Counted from the first letter of the stretch, positions 42,318-54,069 are shown. The stretch is DNA of 64,000 bases from Perkinsela sp. CCAP 1560/9 (GCA_965644495.1 CBFFSA010000003.1:868001-932000); one strand, 5' to 3'. Numbers and translations: made by a program. The notes: generated by a model not told the origin, from the letters alone.

Positions 42318-43412
42318 TTAGTTCGAAGCTTTTAAACGGCAAAGAAGTGAGCAGGAGTCAAGCGGGATTACTTTTTTCAGCGCAGTCAAGCTTTTACAAA
42401 TTTTAATCTCTAAAGCTTCCTTGTAACGAGTTGGAGAATTTTCGCCGAGTCCACGGTAGCACTGTTTGAGAGTCGACTCAGCAATAAAGACTTTCTCATC
42501 AAATATCCCCAAAAGAGTATCCAGTACTTGACCTTTGTATTTACCCTTCATAGCACGTGCTTTGCCCCCAGAGAAAAATGCTCGTGCAAAGTGTTTGTTA
42601 AATTCGAGTACCGGGGTATCCTCGTACGACTCGAGAGACGTTTTGCACACATTGTTTAACATGTGTCCGATGCATGATAGAAGCGATATTCCTGGAAATC
42701 CTAATAGCAAGTGCTCTTGAAAATTCTGGAGATCTCTTTCCGGTCCCGGATGAATGCGATCATAAATTTTTCTCAAATGACCTTCGGCGTGCTGTCGCCG
42801 TGGTTCACTGCGCTCCCGTCCTCCATAAGGTGCGTGAGCTTTACGGCCCTGTGGTCGCCGAGATTGATTTGAAGGCAACTCGTTAGAGTGTCAGCCATTG
42901 TTTTGCAATCAAAGGCCTGATGTTTGGGTGAATATACAGGGGTGAAAACGGATACGGATAACTTTTGACCCATTGTCACAGTTTTTGAGTTTACAAATCG
43001 TGTTTTTGACCCTTCGATCAAAGGGGGGTATTCCCAACTCCCTCGGAAGCTGCTTATCCTAAAACATACAACTCTGCGGGAGCTCTCGAATGCGCTATTA
43101 TTTTCCAAAATTCGACAATTTTTACGAATTTTAGACCCCCCCACCACATTTTTCACCCCTGTATGGGAGGCAAAACATATTCATGAGGTCCCACGTATAA
43201 TACGCTTAAAAGTGTGTGCTCCGACTTACACCGGTCAATCCCCCCATCACACATGTGGGGCATGCAATGTCAAAATATACAAAGTATGTGCCTAAAGTAT
43301 GTGCGCATCAATGTCCGAACGCACTATTTCCCAAAGTTCATCAGCCAGTCGTGCTTCATATTTATGTAGAGAAACGGAATGCGAAGGAAATGCTGAAAGA
43401 AACTCACTAGGG
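42318..43412 (-). pseudogene. hAT transposase remnant interrupted by a MITE
   Basis: MCDGGID (first D), FDCKTMADTL, HLMEDGSAVN (second D), FPGISLLSCIGHMLN (CxxH). The frame is restored when 42937-43161 plus one TA is removed. Confidence 0.75.
42937..43161. mobile_element. mariner-type MITE, 225 bp, TA TSD
   Basis: Perfect 12-bp TIR CAGGGGTGAAAA flanked by TA on both sides. Confidence 0.9.
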
Positions 43413-44279
43413 GTCATATTTCTGGCCACAACTCTGCTAAAATGCGAACGAACCATATACTGTACCCCCCTACTTAATTGTCACCGCTTTTGGGGAAAAG
43501 GACAATCAAATAGTGGAGGTGCAAAATTTGAAGAAAGTAGGGTTGCCGAACAACATTGAAATCTTCTTTTAGGCACTCCTTCGTCATCAAGTACCGTGTG
43601 CGCGTCGCTTGAGTGGCGTTCACTGTTACTATCTGACTCGGAGGGATTACTCACTGACTCGGGGGAGGTCATTTTGGGAACTTCTTGTCGAAGAGGTTTC
43701 GGTAGTACGATTCCTAGGCCGCTTGATTCGTGGCATATAAAAATAATATTTGAGTTTTAAAGAGTCTTAAAATATATTTAAAGATCATAATAGTCTACTA
43801 TGGAGTAAGAATTATGCAGCAAACCTCATTACCGGACAGAACAAGTATGGAAAAGCATTTCTACAAACAGCAAAGTACATCAGGAAATACATTCGTAGAA
43901 CATAAATCTCAATTTACCCCTATTTTAAAGCGAGTACGGTACTCAAAACGATGAATACCGCGAGTACCGTACTCGAGTACGGTACTCAGGTACGCACGAA
44001 AGTATGTATAATTGTGATATTTATATTGATAAATAATGATTTATCAACTGATTACCGTTTGAATTGCACTTTTAAAGCAAGAGCGGAGAGACAAGGTATC
44101 GTCAAAAGTTCTTCTGTGAAAACTTTTACTCGTAACTAATAACGTTGGAACTCGACGTTTTGAAAAATCACTTACATTACAGGTGGGTAATACCTGTATT
44201 ACACTAATACAGGGGGGACATTTGTCTGTGTAACATTAATCTGTGTTAATTCGTAAAATTAACAAAAAAAGATATATCT

Positions 44280-45884
44280 ACTGATGGGGTCTTCTCGTCC
44301 ACTACCTCTTGGAACATAGACCAGACGTTTTCTATGGGGGAAAGGTCTGGTGAATTGGGGGGCCAATTTTTCAATAGATCTTTCATTCTATTCGTAATAT
44401 ACTCCTTAGAGGCGCGTGCGGTGTGTACCGTGGCCCCGTTCTGCTGAAAAATACACTTCCGTGGGAAAGGTACCTTTTTTAACGTCTTAATGTAGGACAT
44501 GCTCGTGATAGACGAGTCAGAGTCCAGAACAACTAAGTATTTCCACCCTACTCCTATAGCACCCCAAACTTGACATCGTATGCCCAGCGTACTTTTTGAA
44601 GTGGACCGGCTTTTTCACCGGGTGCTACCCACATATTCTTTCGGCCATCATTAGTATCAAAGATTTTTTCGTCTGTAAAGACGACGCGAGATGTATCCAT
44701 ATTGTATTTCTTTGAAAAGGCTACTCTTTTTCTTTTTTGTAACTTTGTGAGTCCTTGGCACACGGGCCTAGCATTATAGTTATACCCCATGATTGAAAGA
44801 TCATGAAGCACCGTGCTTTGAGACACTTTAGTATCTCCCCCACTTACACCCCAGCCAAATTTTATTGTCGCTAATATTCATGGTACAAAAATTATTGATT
44901 TTTAAATTAAAAATTGTAGTTTTTTGTCTGCGTTATATTTATTATTTATTTTTCGTCAACCATTCGAGATGGTCAACGAGGGCCATTTTTTGTGATTCAT
45001 CATTCTACGCAACATTATCTGCATTTCTTTAATACGTGCTTTGCTTTCATCTACCAATAAGACTACAATGATAAATTTTTATGCCTTCTGCTTATGAACA
45101 TTCATTAATACGTATACCTTCATAAACTTTACAATGTTGACACACGCGATCAGATACCTCGGCTTCATCTCTGTTGGAATGCACCCTCGCACCATTTCAC
45201 TCCTACCTGATGAAGGTCATGAGACGAGCAACCCACCAACACACGGTAGTCAATAAGAACGTGAAAACACTACGACGGGGCGCTTAATTTCCCACAGCCC
45301 AAGATTTGTGCATGTACACATTTCTACAAAAATTATTGGCGCAAAAATTATTGAATTTTAAATTAAAAGTTGTCCGGTTTCGACAGCAATTAAAAATTTT
45401 TGGCGGCAGTGTAGTTTAGCCTTTATTCGCCTAGCCGAGTTAATTTTTGGCACACCGGCGGGATCGAGAGGGGCAATAATTTTCTTTATTCTATTTCTTC
45501 GAGATTCAATACATTTTTTTCTTTCAGGGCTCAAAGTGTATTCTGGGGTCAAGTTTTTTTCGCTAAGGTATTTTCTCACAATCTTTACTGGGAGGTTAAA
45601 ATCACGAGACAATTGCTTTTTTGATACACCTTGACCGTATCTCATCCTCAATAGAACTTTTCCACTGTTTGTAAGTCCCCCTTTCGGCAACCGATATGCG
45701 GATTTAGGCGTTTTTGGGAAAAAGTGAAAATTTTTATTTTATTTTATTTTGAAATTTTTAAAATGAGCTGAAAACAGCGGGAACGTGGAGATCTCAAAAT
45801 TTTGAACGACAAAGCGGTGCCGTAACCCCCTTTACCCCCCCTGTACAAAAAAAGAGGGGGGTGACTTATTCGCTGTGGGGGGTT
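44280..45884 (-). mobile_element. Tc1-like element (DD35E) pseudogene, 3'-truncated, with nested MITE
   Basis: Start ATG>ACG at 45709-45711; HTH similar to the 36 kb copy; VVFTDEK, VWGAIG, FQQNGAT (D>N), WPPNSPDLSPIENVW; 5' TIR ending ggggggtt-TA at 45884. Confidence 0.9.
44847..45411. mobile_element. 565-bp MITE nested in the Tc1 transposase, TA TSD
   Basis: Ends ta-caccccagccaaatttt / aaaatttttggcggcagtg-ta; removing it with one TA restores RIKAKLSGGDTKVSQSTVLHDL in frame. Confidence 0.85.
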
Positions 45885-46120
45885 TATTATTTGGTGTGAC
45901 GAAAAAAGTTCACTTGTCAACTTGGGCGCGAAAGCCGTTCTTACATTCGCCGAGCGAGTGACCTCCCCAAGCTACCCCTAAAAGCTGCGCAAAAAAGGTT
46001 CGGGGGGGATGGCATAAACGTCTGGATGGGTACTGTACCCCCCTTACTACTATAATTTTATTGCGACGCAATATTTTTCACAGTTTTGAACTTTCTTAAT
46101 ATTTTTTTTTGGAAAACGTA

Positions 46121-46864
46121 ATGTTCTGCCCGTACTTGTTAATCCTTTCGAAAGAGTTCTGGTTCTTTCCTTTTTTAGAACTGGAATGTTCTGACAGCTC
46201 AGTAAGGTCTCCGAGTAAAGTTCGGGGGACTGTACTACCACCTCAATATGAACTGTCTCGATTTATTTCTAGCTTTGGCACTCAGCATCCTTCGTGGACC
46301 ACATACAATACCGCGTCGGCGTGGTCAGGGGTGAAATGCGATGCAGCGGAAAACGTCATATCTCTAAATTGGGATGGCAGAGAAATCGACGGCTCTGTTG
46401 TGTTGAGTCGGCTTCCATCTTCTCTTATCGAAGCTCATCTTTCGTGTAACATGTTCAATGGAGAAATTACACTGTCTGACCTTCCTCATCTAATCCAAAC
46501 ATTCCGTATCTCTAAGAATTTTTTGAACGGATCGGCAGATCTAACACGTTTGCCGTGCACTTTGGTTCGTCTTGCGTTGACTCAAAATCTTATGGAAGGA
46601 ACTATATCGTTAACATGCCTTCCTGCCACACTAACCTACCTATGTTTATGCAAAAATAGATTCAGAGGAGAGCTTGAGCTACACGCATTACCACAAAGTA
46701 TGAGACGGTTGCTGTTGCATAAAAACCAATTTGTCGGCGTACCGGATTTACGAAATCTTCCGCCCTCTCTTGAATATCTCAGTTTAGAAAGCAATTATTT
46801 TCAATCCTTTATTCCAATGCCTCCTCCTTCCGTTGTGGACGTGGGAATACAGCTCGCACGCTGA
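46121..46864 (+). CDS. leucine-rich repeat protein
   Basis: AWSGVKC N-cap; six 24-aa units such as FNGEITLSDLPHLIQTFRISKN. Confidence 0.9.
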   Translation: MFCPYLLILSKEFWFFPFLELECSDSSVRSPSKVRGTVLPPQYELSRFISSFGTQHPSWTTYNTASAWSGVKCDAAENVISLNWDGREIDGSVVLSRLPSSLIEAHLSCNMFNGEITLSDLPHLIQTFRISKNFLNGSADLTRLPCTLVRLALTQNLMEGTISLTCLPATLTYLCLCKNRFRGELELHALPQSMRRLLLHKNQFVGVPDLRNLPPSLEYLSLESNYFQSFIPMPPPSVVDVGIQLAR

Positions 46865-47583
46865 AGTGGGGGATTCTTTCTATAAGAAATAACAAAATGA
46901 ATTTTGTTTTGATACTCTATTATTGATATTTTATCGTGGGGAATCGAGGGTGATATTACATGCATTTTAACGGAATATTTTACAGTAGTACACAAGAATG
47001 GGTACAGCTTCGTAGTAATGGTTGATAGTAAGCAAGTGACATGAAAATTTACTAGTCAATACGCTTTGGTACTCTAATGAAGCAAGCTCTTTGAAGAATG
47101 TTTGAAGAATCCTTAATGACAAATCAATCATTAGACTATTGTAGTATTTGGTTTTATCCCTTTTTCATGCTGCCGCAATGTTATATTAACTGGAATAAAC
47201 TTTCTCCTAGCACTCGAAACGCAGTAATTTTTCATCCAACTTCGAAGGCAACGGACGACTATTGCATTGTACGTAATTCGTCTGTTCCATCCTCCCCGCA
47301 TTTATCAGCATGCTCGCTGGCCTCTTTAAGTCAAGAGCAAGTGACTGGCTTTGGAACAGAGGTGCTGGAGCTCTTTCCTGCCTCCGACGGAGTATCGTCG
47401 TATGATCCAGAAACCCCTAAAATTTTGCAGCTGCGATGGGTTTCTTTAGCGAGCCCTACACTGTCATTATCCAGTTGTATCCGTGCAGACTGTCCTTCCT
47501 CATTCACACAGAACGCTACTCCTAGCACAACCCAAAAACTGTACGTGTGTCGTAAGCTATCCAATCTTCCCTCCAAGCGTCAC

Positions 47584-49299
47584 ATGGGTTGTTTCCAATC
47601 CAGCAGTTATGTTCCAGCGGCCTCTGAATCCACTCACCCCCACCTTGAGGCTCTTAGCGAAGAAACCATCACGGTGCTTCGTGAGCGACGGGACAAAAAG
47701 AACAGTGAAACCCCATTTTGGGAAATTTTACAGTCTTTGTTTGATCCCTATGACCGTCCGAGCCCCCGATCTGAGGGGGACACTCACACTTCTTCATATC
47801 CTCAAGAAGACACAGAGGACACGTTCCTGGGACCCCTCTCGGATATCTTTTCCGTGGAACGTCCCCGCAGCGCGCTCTCGGGTCTGTGGAGCGGCGCGAA
47901 GAATGTGGGCATTGGGGTTGCCGGGGGAGTGGTGTCCTCCATTGCCACCCCCGTGGCCTCCGGACGCGCTCACGGGGCACGGGGCGTGGCCACGGGATTG
48001 GTCAAAGGCCTCGCCGCGGGTACCGTGATGAGTCTTGCGGGGTGTGTTGCCGGGGCCACACAGGTGGTTCGCGGCGTGGTGAATACCCCGGAGGCGATTC
48101 ATCAGTTTGCCTCGAATGAGAAGGTATGGGACCATGATCGCTGTGAGTGGTGCGAGTATGATGTGGTGAAGGAAAACACGTACTGGGCTACCTCGGGGAG
48201 GAAAATGTCGGAGATTTTGGAGGTTGCAAAGAGGCGGTCACAGGTGGATACCCCCTCCCCAGAGGATTTGCAAAAGACAACGTCCGAATACTGCGATCTT
48301 ACCTTGTATGAAACATTGGGTGTTAGCCCCGATGCTAGCGGGAGTAAAATCAAGGCGGCGTACATGCAGTTAGCTCTGCTGCACCACCCGGATCGGAATC
48401 CTCAAACCGTTGAAACCTCGAAAGTTATTTTTCAAAAGATCAGCGAGGCCTATCAAGTACTCTCCAATGATGTCCTCCGGGAGAAGTACAACCAAGGAGG
48501 TCTAAAAGCCGTGCAACAAGTCCGAGATTTAGAAAAGCTAAATGCGAGTGTTACCGATCGTGTCTTCACAGCACTTGGGGGGGAATCCCTCAAGTGCTTT
48601 ATAGGACCGACGCTTCTCGGATTGCATTTTATGGAAGGCGTTCTTCTACGACGGGATGAGCTCCGGGTACTTCAAGAAATGCGGCGTGCGAGGCTCGCAT
48701 TGCAATTAACCTGTTTACTGCTTCCCCTAAATCCGTACGTGGACATTATCACGCCTACATCAACGGACTTTTTATTCACCCAAACACAGTCCATCGCCGA
48801 GTCGCCATTAGGAAAAGCTGTTCTGCATCTCCTCGGTAGCGAATACATCCGAGTGAGTCGAAAGTACCAGGCGAGAGCCACGCATGACTTCAAGGCTCAG
48901 CTCCGTGGAGAAGTGAAGTCGGTTTCCAAATCGCTTCAAAACACAATGCGTCTTACCCGGACGGCCGTCTCTGCGGTACGAGGAGTAGTGAAGTTACGCC
49001 GGGAGCTGCAAGGAGATTCTTCATCCGGATTAGACTCCGAGAGTATTAACCCAACGGAGCACACCTCGCTGGTGGATGTCAGCGCGCGGTTTGTCGACCT
49101 GATGTGGTATCTAGTCTCCCGGGAGGTACGGGATATTACGAGTGCGGTCGCGAAGATGGTGTTGTATGAAATTAATCTAACGCCCGCACTTCGCATGGAC
49201 CAGTGTAGGCGTATGTCGCTGCTAGGAAAGTATTTGCGTAGCCAAGGAGAGCCGTTTGATTGGGGAAAAGATCATATTCAGCTTCTTGCGGCATTTTAG
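47584..49299 (+). CDS. DnaJ protein with C-terminal DnaJ-X domain; probable N-myristoylation/palmitoylation signal
   Basis: LYETLGV...IKAAY..LALLHHPDRN...FQKISEAYQVLS...REKY; Gly-rich GLWSGAKNVG...GLVKGLAAG...NTPEA segment. The ORF is open from 47098, but MGCFQSSS at 47584 is the more plausible start. Confidence 0.88.
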   Translation: MGCFQSSSYVPAASESTHPHLEALSEETITVLRERRDKKNSETPFWEILQSLFDPYDRPSPRSEGDTHTSSYPQEDTEDTFLGPLSDIFSVERPRSALSGLWSGAKNVGIGVAGGVVSSIATPVASGRAHGARGVATGLVKGLAAGTVMSLAGCVAGATQVVRGVVNTPEAIHQFASNEKVWDHDRCEWCEYDVVKENTYWATSGRKMSEILEVAKRRSQVDTPSPEDLQKTTSEYCDLTLYETLGVSPDASGSKIKAAYMQLALLHHPDRNPQTVETSKVIFQKISEAYQVLSNDVLREKYNQGGLKAVQQVRDLEKLNASVTDRVFTALGGESLKCFIGPTLLGLHFMEGVLLRRDELRVLQEMRRARLALQLTCLLLPLNPYVDIITPTSTDFLFTQTQSIAESPLGKAVLHLLGSEYIRVSRKYQARATHDFKAQLRGEVKSVSKSLQNTMRLTRTAVSAVRGVVKLRRELQGDSSSGLDSESINPTEHTSLVDVSARFVDLMWYLVSREVRDITSAVAKMVLYEINLTPALRMDQCRRMSLLGKYLRSQGEPFDWGKDHIQLLAAF

Positions 49300-49918
49300 C
49301 AGTGTGTGGGACCGCTTTCCAATTCGGGGTCGGAGACGGATATGGTGAAGATGCAATGAGCACGGAAGTTTTTCACTACGTTCACATCGAATGCGGAGAA
49401 AATTTTGGAAGTGTGAAGGATTCTTTTTTAATGGTAAAGAAACGTCTTTCGAAGGCGATTTGAGCTGAGTCCAAGTTGAGAAACCTATCGACACTTTTGC
49501 ACCAAACACGATTCTTTTTTTGACACGTTTAGATATTTTTCTCTGCATGTGAATTTTTACATCTTGTTGTATACATTTGTTACCTTATAATGAATGTGTT
49601 GCTCATGATCGTTATATATACAAACCTGTAGATACATACCTATGCATACTATGTATCGACGCGTGTACGTCCTCAAAATTTATAGAATATTGTTTAAACA
49701 GTCGCATTTTCTATGGGCTAGTGATGCAAAGCTCTAGTGACTTAAACTAGCGTTTGGGTCACGTTCCTGAAAACTGGTTTTCATTCTTTTTACAATTTGA
49801 AAGAATTTGGTAAATACATGCAGTTCAACTATTAAGCTTTTTCTATTTACACGTTTTCCTATATGAAACTCCGTTCAGCACGCCGCTCGTACCTCTTTCT
49901 GCTTCGAGAAATTGGAGA

Positions 49919-50890
49919 ATGAGAACAGGTAATACATTTTCAGTGTTCTGCAACATTACATATTGGGTGTTCGTTATTTACTGTAATTGCATTACATATC
50001 AAGCCAATGACGTCACCTCTGGCCACTCGGAAATGCCAGCAGTATCTAGCTACGGCACGATTACCCTTGCTGTGACCAAATTTTTCCACAAAATTACGAC
50101 GCAAGATATGTCGTGGAGGCTTTCAACGCCTCTACAAAGTTGGGCAGGTATAAAATTTGGGATTGAAAATGGAAATTTGGTTTCTATTGCTCTTCTAAGA
50201 GATCAGCATCGGAGAGTACTGCGGGGTAATCTCAGCTGGGAATGGCTACCGAGCACTACGCGCTACCTTGACTTAAGTGATAATGAACTTGGAGGGGATA
50301 TAAATCTAAGCGATCGACATAGATCTTTGCAAACTTGTTTTTTACGCAGGAATACTTTTTCTAGGTCAATTGATTTTACATTACTTCCTTCGGAATTACG
50401 TGTTCTGCAAATTCAGTCGAATCAATTGGACGGTCATATTGACTTAACTTCTCTCCCTCCTAAACTTGCTTTGCTCACAGCACAGGAGAACACGTTCAAT
50501 GGAGATGTGTTCCTACAATTTTTGCCATCATTTATTCTCCAGTTAGACCTCAGCGTTAATCGACTGGACGGTCCCTTGGATTTGGCTCATCTCCCTTCAG
50601 CTGTGCAGAGAGTCTACCTATCCTCAAACTGTTTTTGCGGGAAGCTGTTTCTTCTGTCACTTCCGCCACAACTTTTACATCTTTGTGTTGAGAAAAATCA
50701 TTTTTGGGGAAACATAGATTTATCTGCTTTGCCAGAATCGCTATGCAGGTTGCGGCTTCATGGAAATTATCTTCGCGGTGTTATTACTGCGTCTGAGCTT
50801 TCGTCCAAACTCGAGCTTACGGTGGATGCCTCTGTAGAAGTTATTCGCTCCTACAATCCTTTTTCGCAACCTACAATTAAGATAGTATGA
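49919..50890 (+). CDS. leucine-rich repeat protein
   Basis: About eight 24-aa units such as LDGHIDLTSLPPKLALLTAQEN. Confidence 0.9.
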   Translation: MRTGNTFSVFCNITYWVFVIYCNCITYQANDVTSGHSEMPAVSSYGTITLAVTKFFHKITTQDMSWRLSTPLQSWAGIKFGIENGNLVSIALLRDQHRRVLRGNLSWEWLPSTTRYLDLSDNELGGDINLSDRHRSLQTCFLRRNTFSRSIDFTLLPSELRVLQIQSNQLDGHIDLTSLPPKLALLTAQENTFNGDVFLQFLPSFILQLDLSVNRLDGPLDLAHLPSAVQRVYLSSNCFCGKLFLLSLPPQLLHLCVEKNHFWGNIDLSALPESLCRLRLHGNYLRGVITASELSSKLELTVDASVEVIRSYNPFSQPTIKIV

Positions 50891-51522
50891 GAGCTACGAA
50901 TTTAGTTATTCTGCGAACAATACGTTTACTTGCGAGAGGTTGGCTTGCGAGACTCTTTTTTTCATTTACAGGCCCCATATTTTGGCGAAACGTTTCATAT
51001 TCCCTGCAAGTAGATTCCTTGGATATCATATACAAGCCTTTCATATACAATGTAGCTCATTCTCTTCTCTGTCTCCCGAAAATGTTTGCAGCGCGTCACG
51101 TCTGCTCTTCCCGCATTTTTTGCAATCTGTTTTTCCCTCTTTCCTTTCAATGAGCATGCTCCACTTCGCGGCGATGAGTGTTTTCTTGCGCCAAGTGGCA
51201 ATCGCATGGTAGAAACGTTATTAGGATGTATTTTGAGAGCTGTTTGAGTTTTTGAGTTCCTATTTTTTTGTCACAGCCATGCGAGCATTTTATGCTAACA
51301 GAAAAATATGCAATAGATAGCAAAATATGCTAACAGTAACTTCCATAAGAATTTATTGCATAAGAATTTCTCTTTTGGCGACACCTCAGGGTCTGACAAG
51401 CGAAGTATAAATCGGGATCCCTGAATTCATGATTTTTTTCTTCTGCGTTTACGTTTGCAGTTATTCTCATTATAAATATGTTTATGATGTTAGTGATCAA
51501 GAAATCTACTTCCTTACTCAAC

Positions 51523-52325
51523 ATGATGTCATTTTGTTTTCCCCTGTGTGATGAAATCATGATCCAAGCCATCAGTTACATCCCTTATTCTGAACGATAC
51601 TGTATATCGTATACCTCCCAGTAATAGACCCCCAGTAACAGAGAATTGGCCATTTTTGTGCTGACCCCCAGTAACAAGGATATGGCTCGGGAGAGGGGCT
51701 GGAGGGGGTGGGGGTGGCTAGGCGGGTCGGCGGGTGGGGGTGTCTGGGCTGGTTGAGGAGGGTTACGCGGGAGCGAATGGCGTAGTTGAGGGGTTGTCTG
51801 GGCAGAAAATCAACGCACTCATGAACAAAAAAGGCCCTTTCAGACCAAAAAAGCATACCCCCAACAAAGAGTAACAAGAATTTGGTCATTAGATTTATTA
51901 TTGAGTGGTTGCGAGTGAAACCTCGTCATATAAAACGTCCTTTAAAAAATATCTCAAAATCTGGTTTCCTAACATGATGCCAATTTGTTTTCCCCTGTGT
52001 GATGAAACCGTGATCCAAGCCATCAGTTACATCCCTTATTCTGAACGATATACACTTGTATGCACTTGATATTCCGTATTTTTAGGCAAACACTCCTCAC
52101 ACATGTGAATAATACCTGTCGAAATTAGGTTTATATAATTGAGTGGCTGCGAGTGAGCCCCCATTTGTTTTATAAACGTTTTCCATGGAAAACGTTATTT
52201 GAAAAATATCTCAAAAATTTTGAGATATTTTGAGTCAAAATGTGATTTCTTAACATGATGCCAATTTGTTTTCCCCTGTGTGATGAAATCATGATCCAAG
52301 CCATCAGTTACATCCCTTATTCTGA
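51523..52325 (+). repeat. three copies of a 71-nt unit (51523-51593, 51974-52044, 52255-52325); candidate box C/D snoRNA
   Basis: ATGATGY...GTGATGA...CTGA; near-identical copies whose three-way conservation ends a few nt outside these boxes. Confidence 0.5.
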
Positions 52326-52600
52326 ACATTACGAACATTCTATCTCTACAAACCAGGCTCTCTCTCAATAGAAAGAAAAAGATATTCATGAATGGTAGTT
52401 TAGCTCTTATTCACTTTTTTGTGCTTGAAAAAAGCATTTTGACTTAGACTTCTTTCTTCCTGATTTTTACTTTGCTAAAATATTCCACATGTTTTCTTAA
52501 TTTGCTAAAATACTCATACTTTTTAATGTACCTTTATCGGGTTGAAGATAATTGAGCAATTTAATTTGTACTGGGGGCTTTTAGAACGCATAGAATTTTC

Positions 52601-53878
52601 ATGACCCGTCTTTGGTTTCGTATTGACTTTCATCATATCGGACGCGATTACATCCCGAAGGTCGAGGGGCCGTTTTCATGCGATGACATCCGGGAATACG
52701 AAGAATCAAAAATAAACTCGAATTCTCTGCATGCATGGTATGTACTTGCCGATAATAATTTTTCTTTGGATGTTCTAAACCATGCTTCTGATGGCAATAA
52801 AAAGGAATTTTTGGATGTAGATGAGGAACGAGGAGCTTTGGATAAAGATTTACTTCAATTTCTGCTTGACACGTCGTCATCATGTCCTCAAGATTTCGAT
52901 CAGATTAAAAGGTACCTGCTCGCTTGCAAAATAGCGAATATTTGTAAACCGTGCGACATACTCGCATCTGAATGTGGAGAACACGAGATAAATAACTTGG
53001 AGGAAGCTAAAGCTTTAAAAGAAATTTCTGGAGAAGAATACTGCCTTCATGACGCTCCAAACGGAGACGGCGAAGCACGCGTCGAAGTGAAGCGCACGAA
53101 ACGACGTAAGTTGAGTTCGAAGAAGGTCCCAAAAGCTGAAGAAATAAAGTCCGCCTCTGAATGGTTTGATCTTAAGGCTAATGCGAACGTCTACGTTTCA
53201 GGTCTTCCTAAAGACTCAACAATGATCGACCTCCCAACGTTGATTGATTTATTTGAGAAAGTCGGACCTCTTCGCAGAGATCCACGTACTCGTACCAAAA
53301 AAGTTAAACTGTACTCTGGTGGCAATGGAGATGCTCTGATCACATATCAAAAACCAGAATGTGCTGCGCAAGCCGTCGAGCTTTTGAACGGCACTTACAT
53401 AACCCCAAAATATTGCATTTCTTGTTCAATCGCTGAGTTTCACCAAAAGGGAATAGCGTTTGACCCAACATTGCGACACAAGCAAGGTAAGGAGCATACC
53501 AGTTCCAATAAAAATGCAGTTGAAAATTTTTCTAGTGATCATAGGTCAATAATCGCATTGGACAACATGGGAATAGCTGTTTCGAATGCGAATCGCGATC
53601 CCTCCCTAGAGTTGACTGATTCTGTACTTCGCCCCTTTTCCCATGCGGAGCAGGAAATAATAGCACAATTTCTTATTAATTACATTAAATTTCACCTTTT
53701 CACTGAGGTGAGTGTTCGGTATTACCGAAAATTGAGGACTCTTACCTTAAAGTTTGATCATGCTGATATTTCCGAAGCTATGCGTTTTCTTCAAGGTAGG
53801 AAGGTGGTGCTTCCATTTCCTCTTGGGAAACATACACTGAATTGTAGGCTATTCACCGGTATCCAATCTGAATCTTAA
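52601..53878 (+). CDS. U2 snRNP-associated splicing factor TatSF1/Cus2-like (GYF_2-like N-terminus plus RRM)
   Basis: NVYVSGLP...KVKLY..GNGDALITYQKPE.A.QAVELLNG...AEFHQKG; N-terminal WF...EGPFS. Confidence 0.8.
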   Translation: MTRLWFRIDFHHIGRDYIPKVEGPFSCDDIREYEESKINSNSLHAWYVLADNNFSLDVLNHASDGNKKEFLDVDEERGALDKDLLQFLLDTSSSCPQDFDQIKRYLLACKIANICKPCDILASECGEHEINNLEEAKALKEISGEEYCLHDAPNGDGEARVEVKRTKRRKLSSKKVPKAEEIKSASEWFDLKANANVYVSGLPKDSTMIDLPTLIDLFEKVGPLRRDPRTRTKKVKLYSGGNGDALITYQKPECAAQAVELLNGTYITPKYCISCSIAEFHQKGIAFDPTLRHKQGKEHTSSNKNAVENFSSDHRSIIALDNMGIAVSNANRDPSLELTDSVLRPFSHAEQEIIAQFLINYIKFHLFTEVSVRYYRKLRTLTLKFDHADISEAMRFLQGRKVVLPFPLGKHTLNCRLFTGIQSES

Positions 53879-54069
53879 GAACTGTAATTAAAAACACTTC
53901 TATGTTAGAAATATTTTAAAAATACGTCGAGTCTCTTTGCTTTACCTCTCTGTAATTCTTTTTTACTCCCAAGTTTCCTGTTTTTCATGGACCGAACTAG
54001 TTTTTCTCTTAGCAAACAGCATACTCTTTGCCGTAGGAGCTTTTATTTGAATTTATCAATCATCTTTCA

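Noticed and set aside
46078-46100. cacagttttgaactttctt as a degenerate SL relic before an LRR gene
   Set aside because: Several mismatches and a gap in T-rich DNA; not distinguishable from a polypyrimidine tract.
51523-52325. CRISPR-like reading of the three repeats
   Set aside because: Units are 71 nt with 210-380 nt spacers, there are no cas genes, and the context is eukaryotic.
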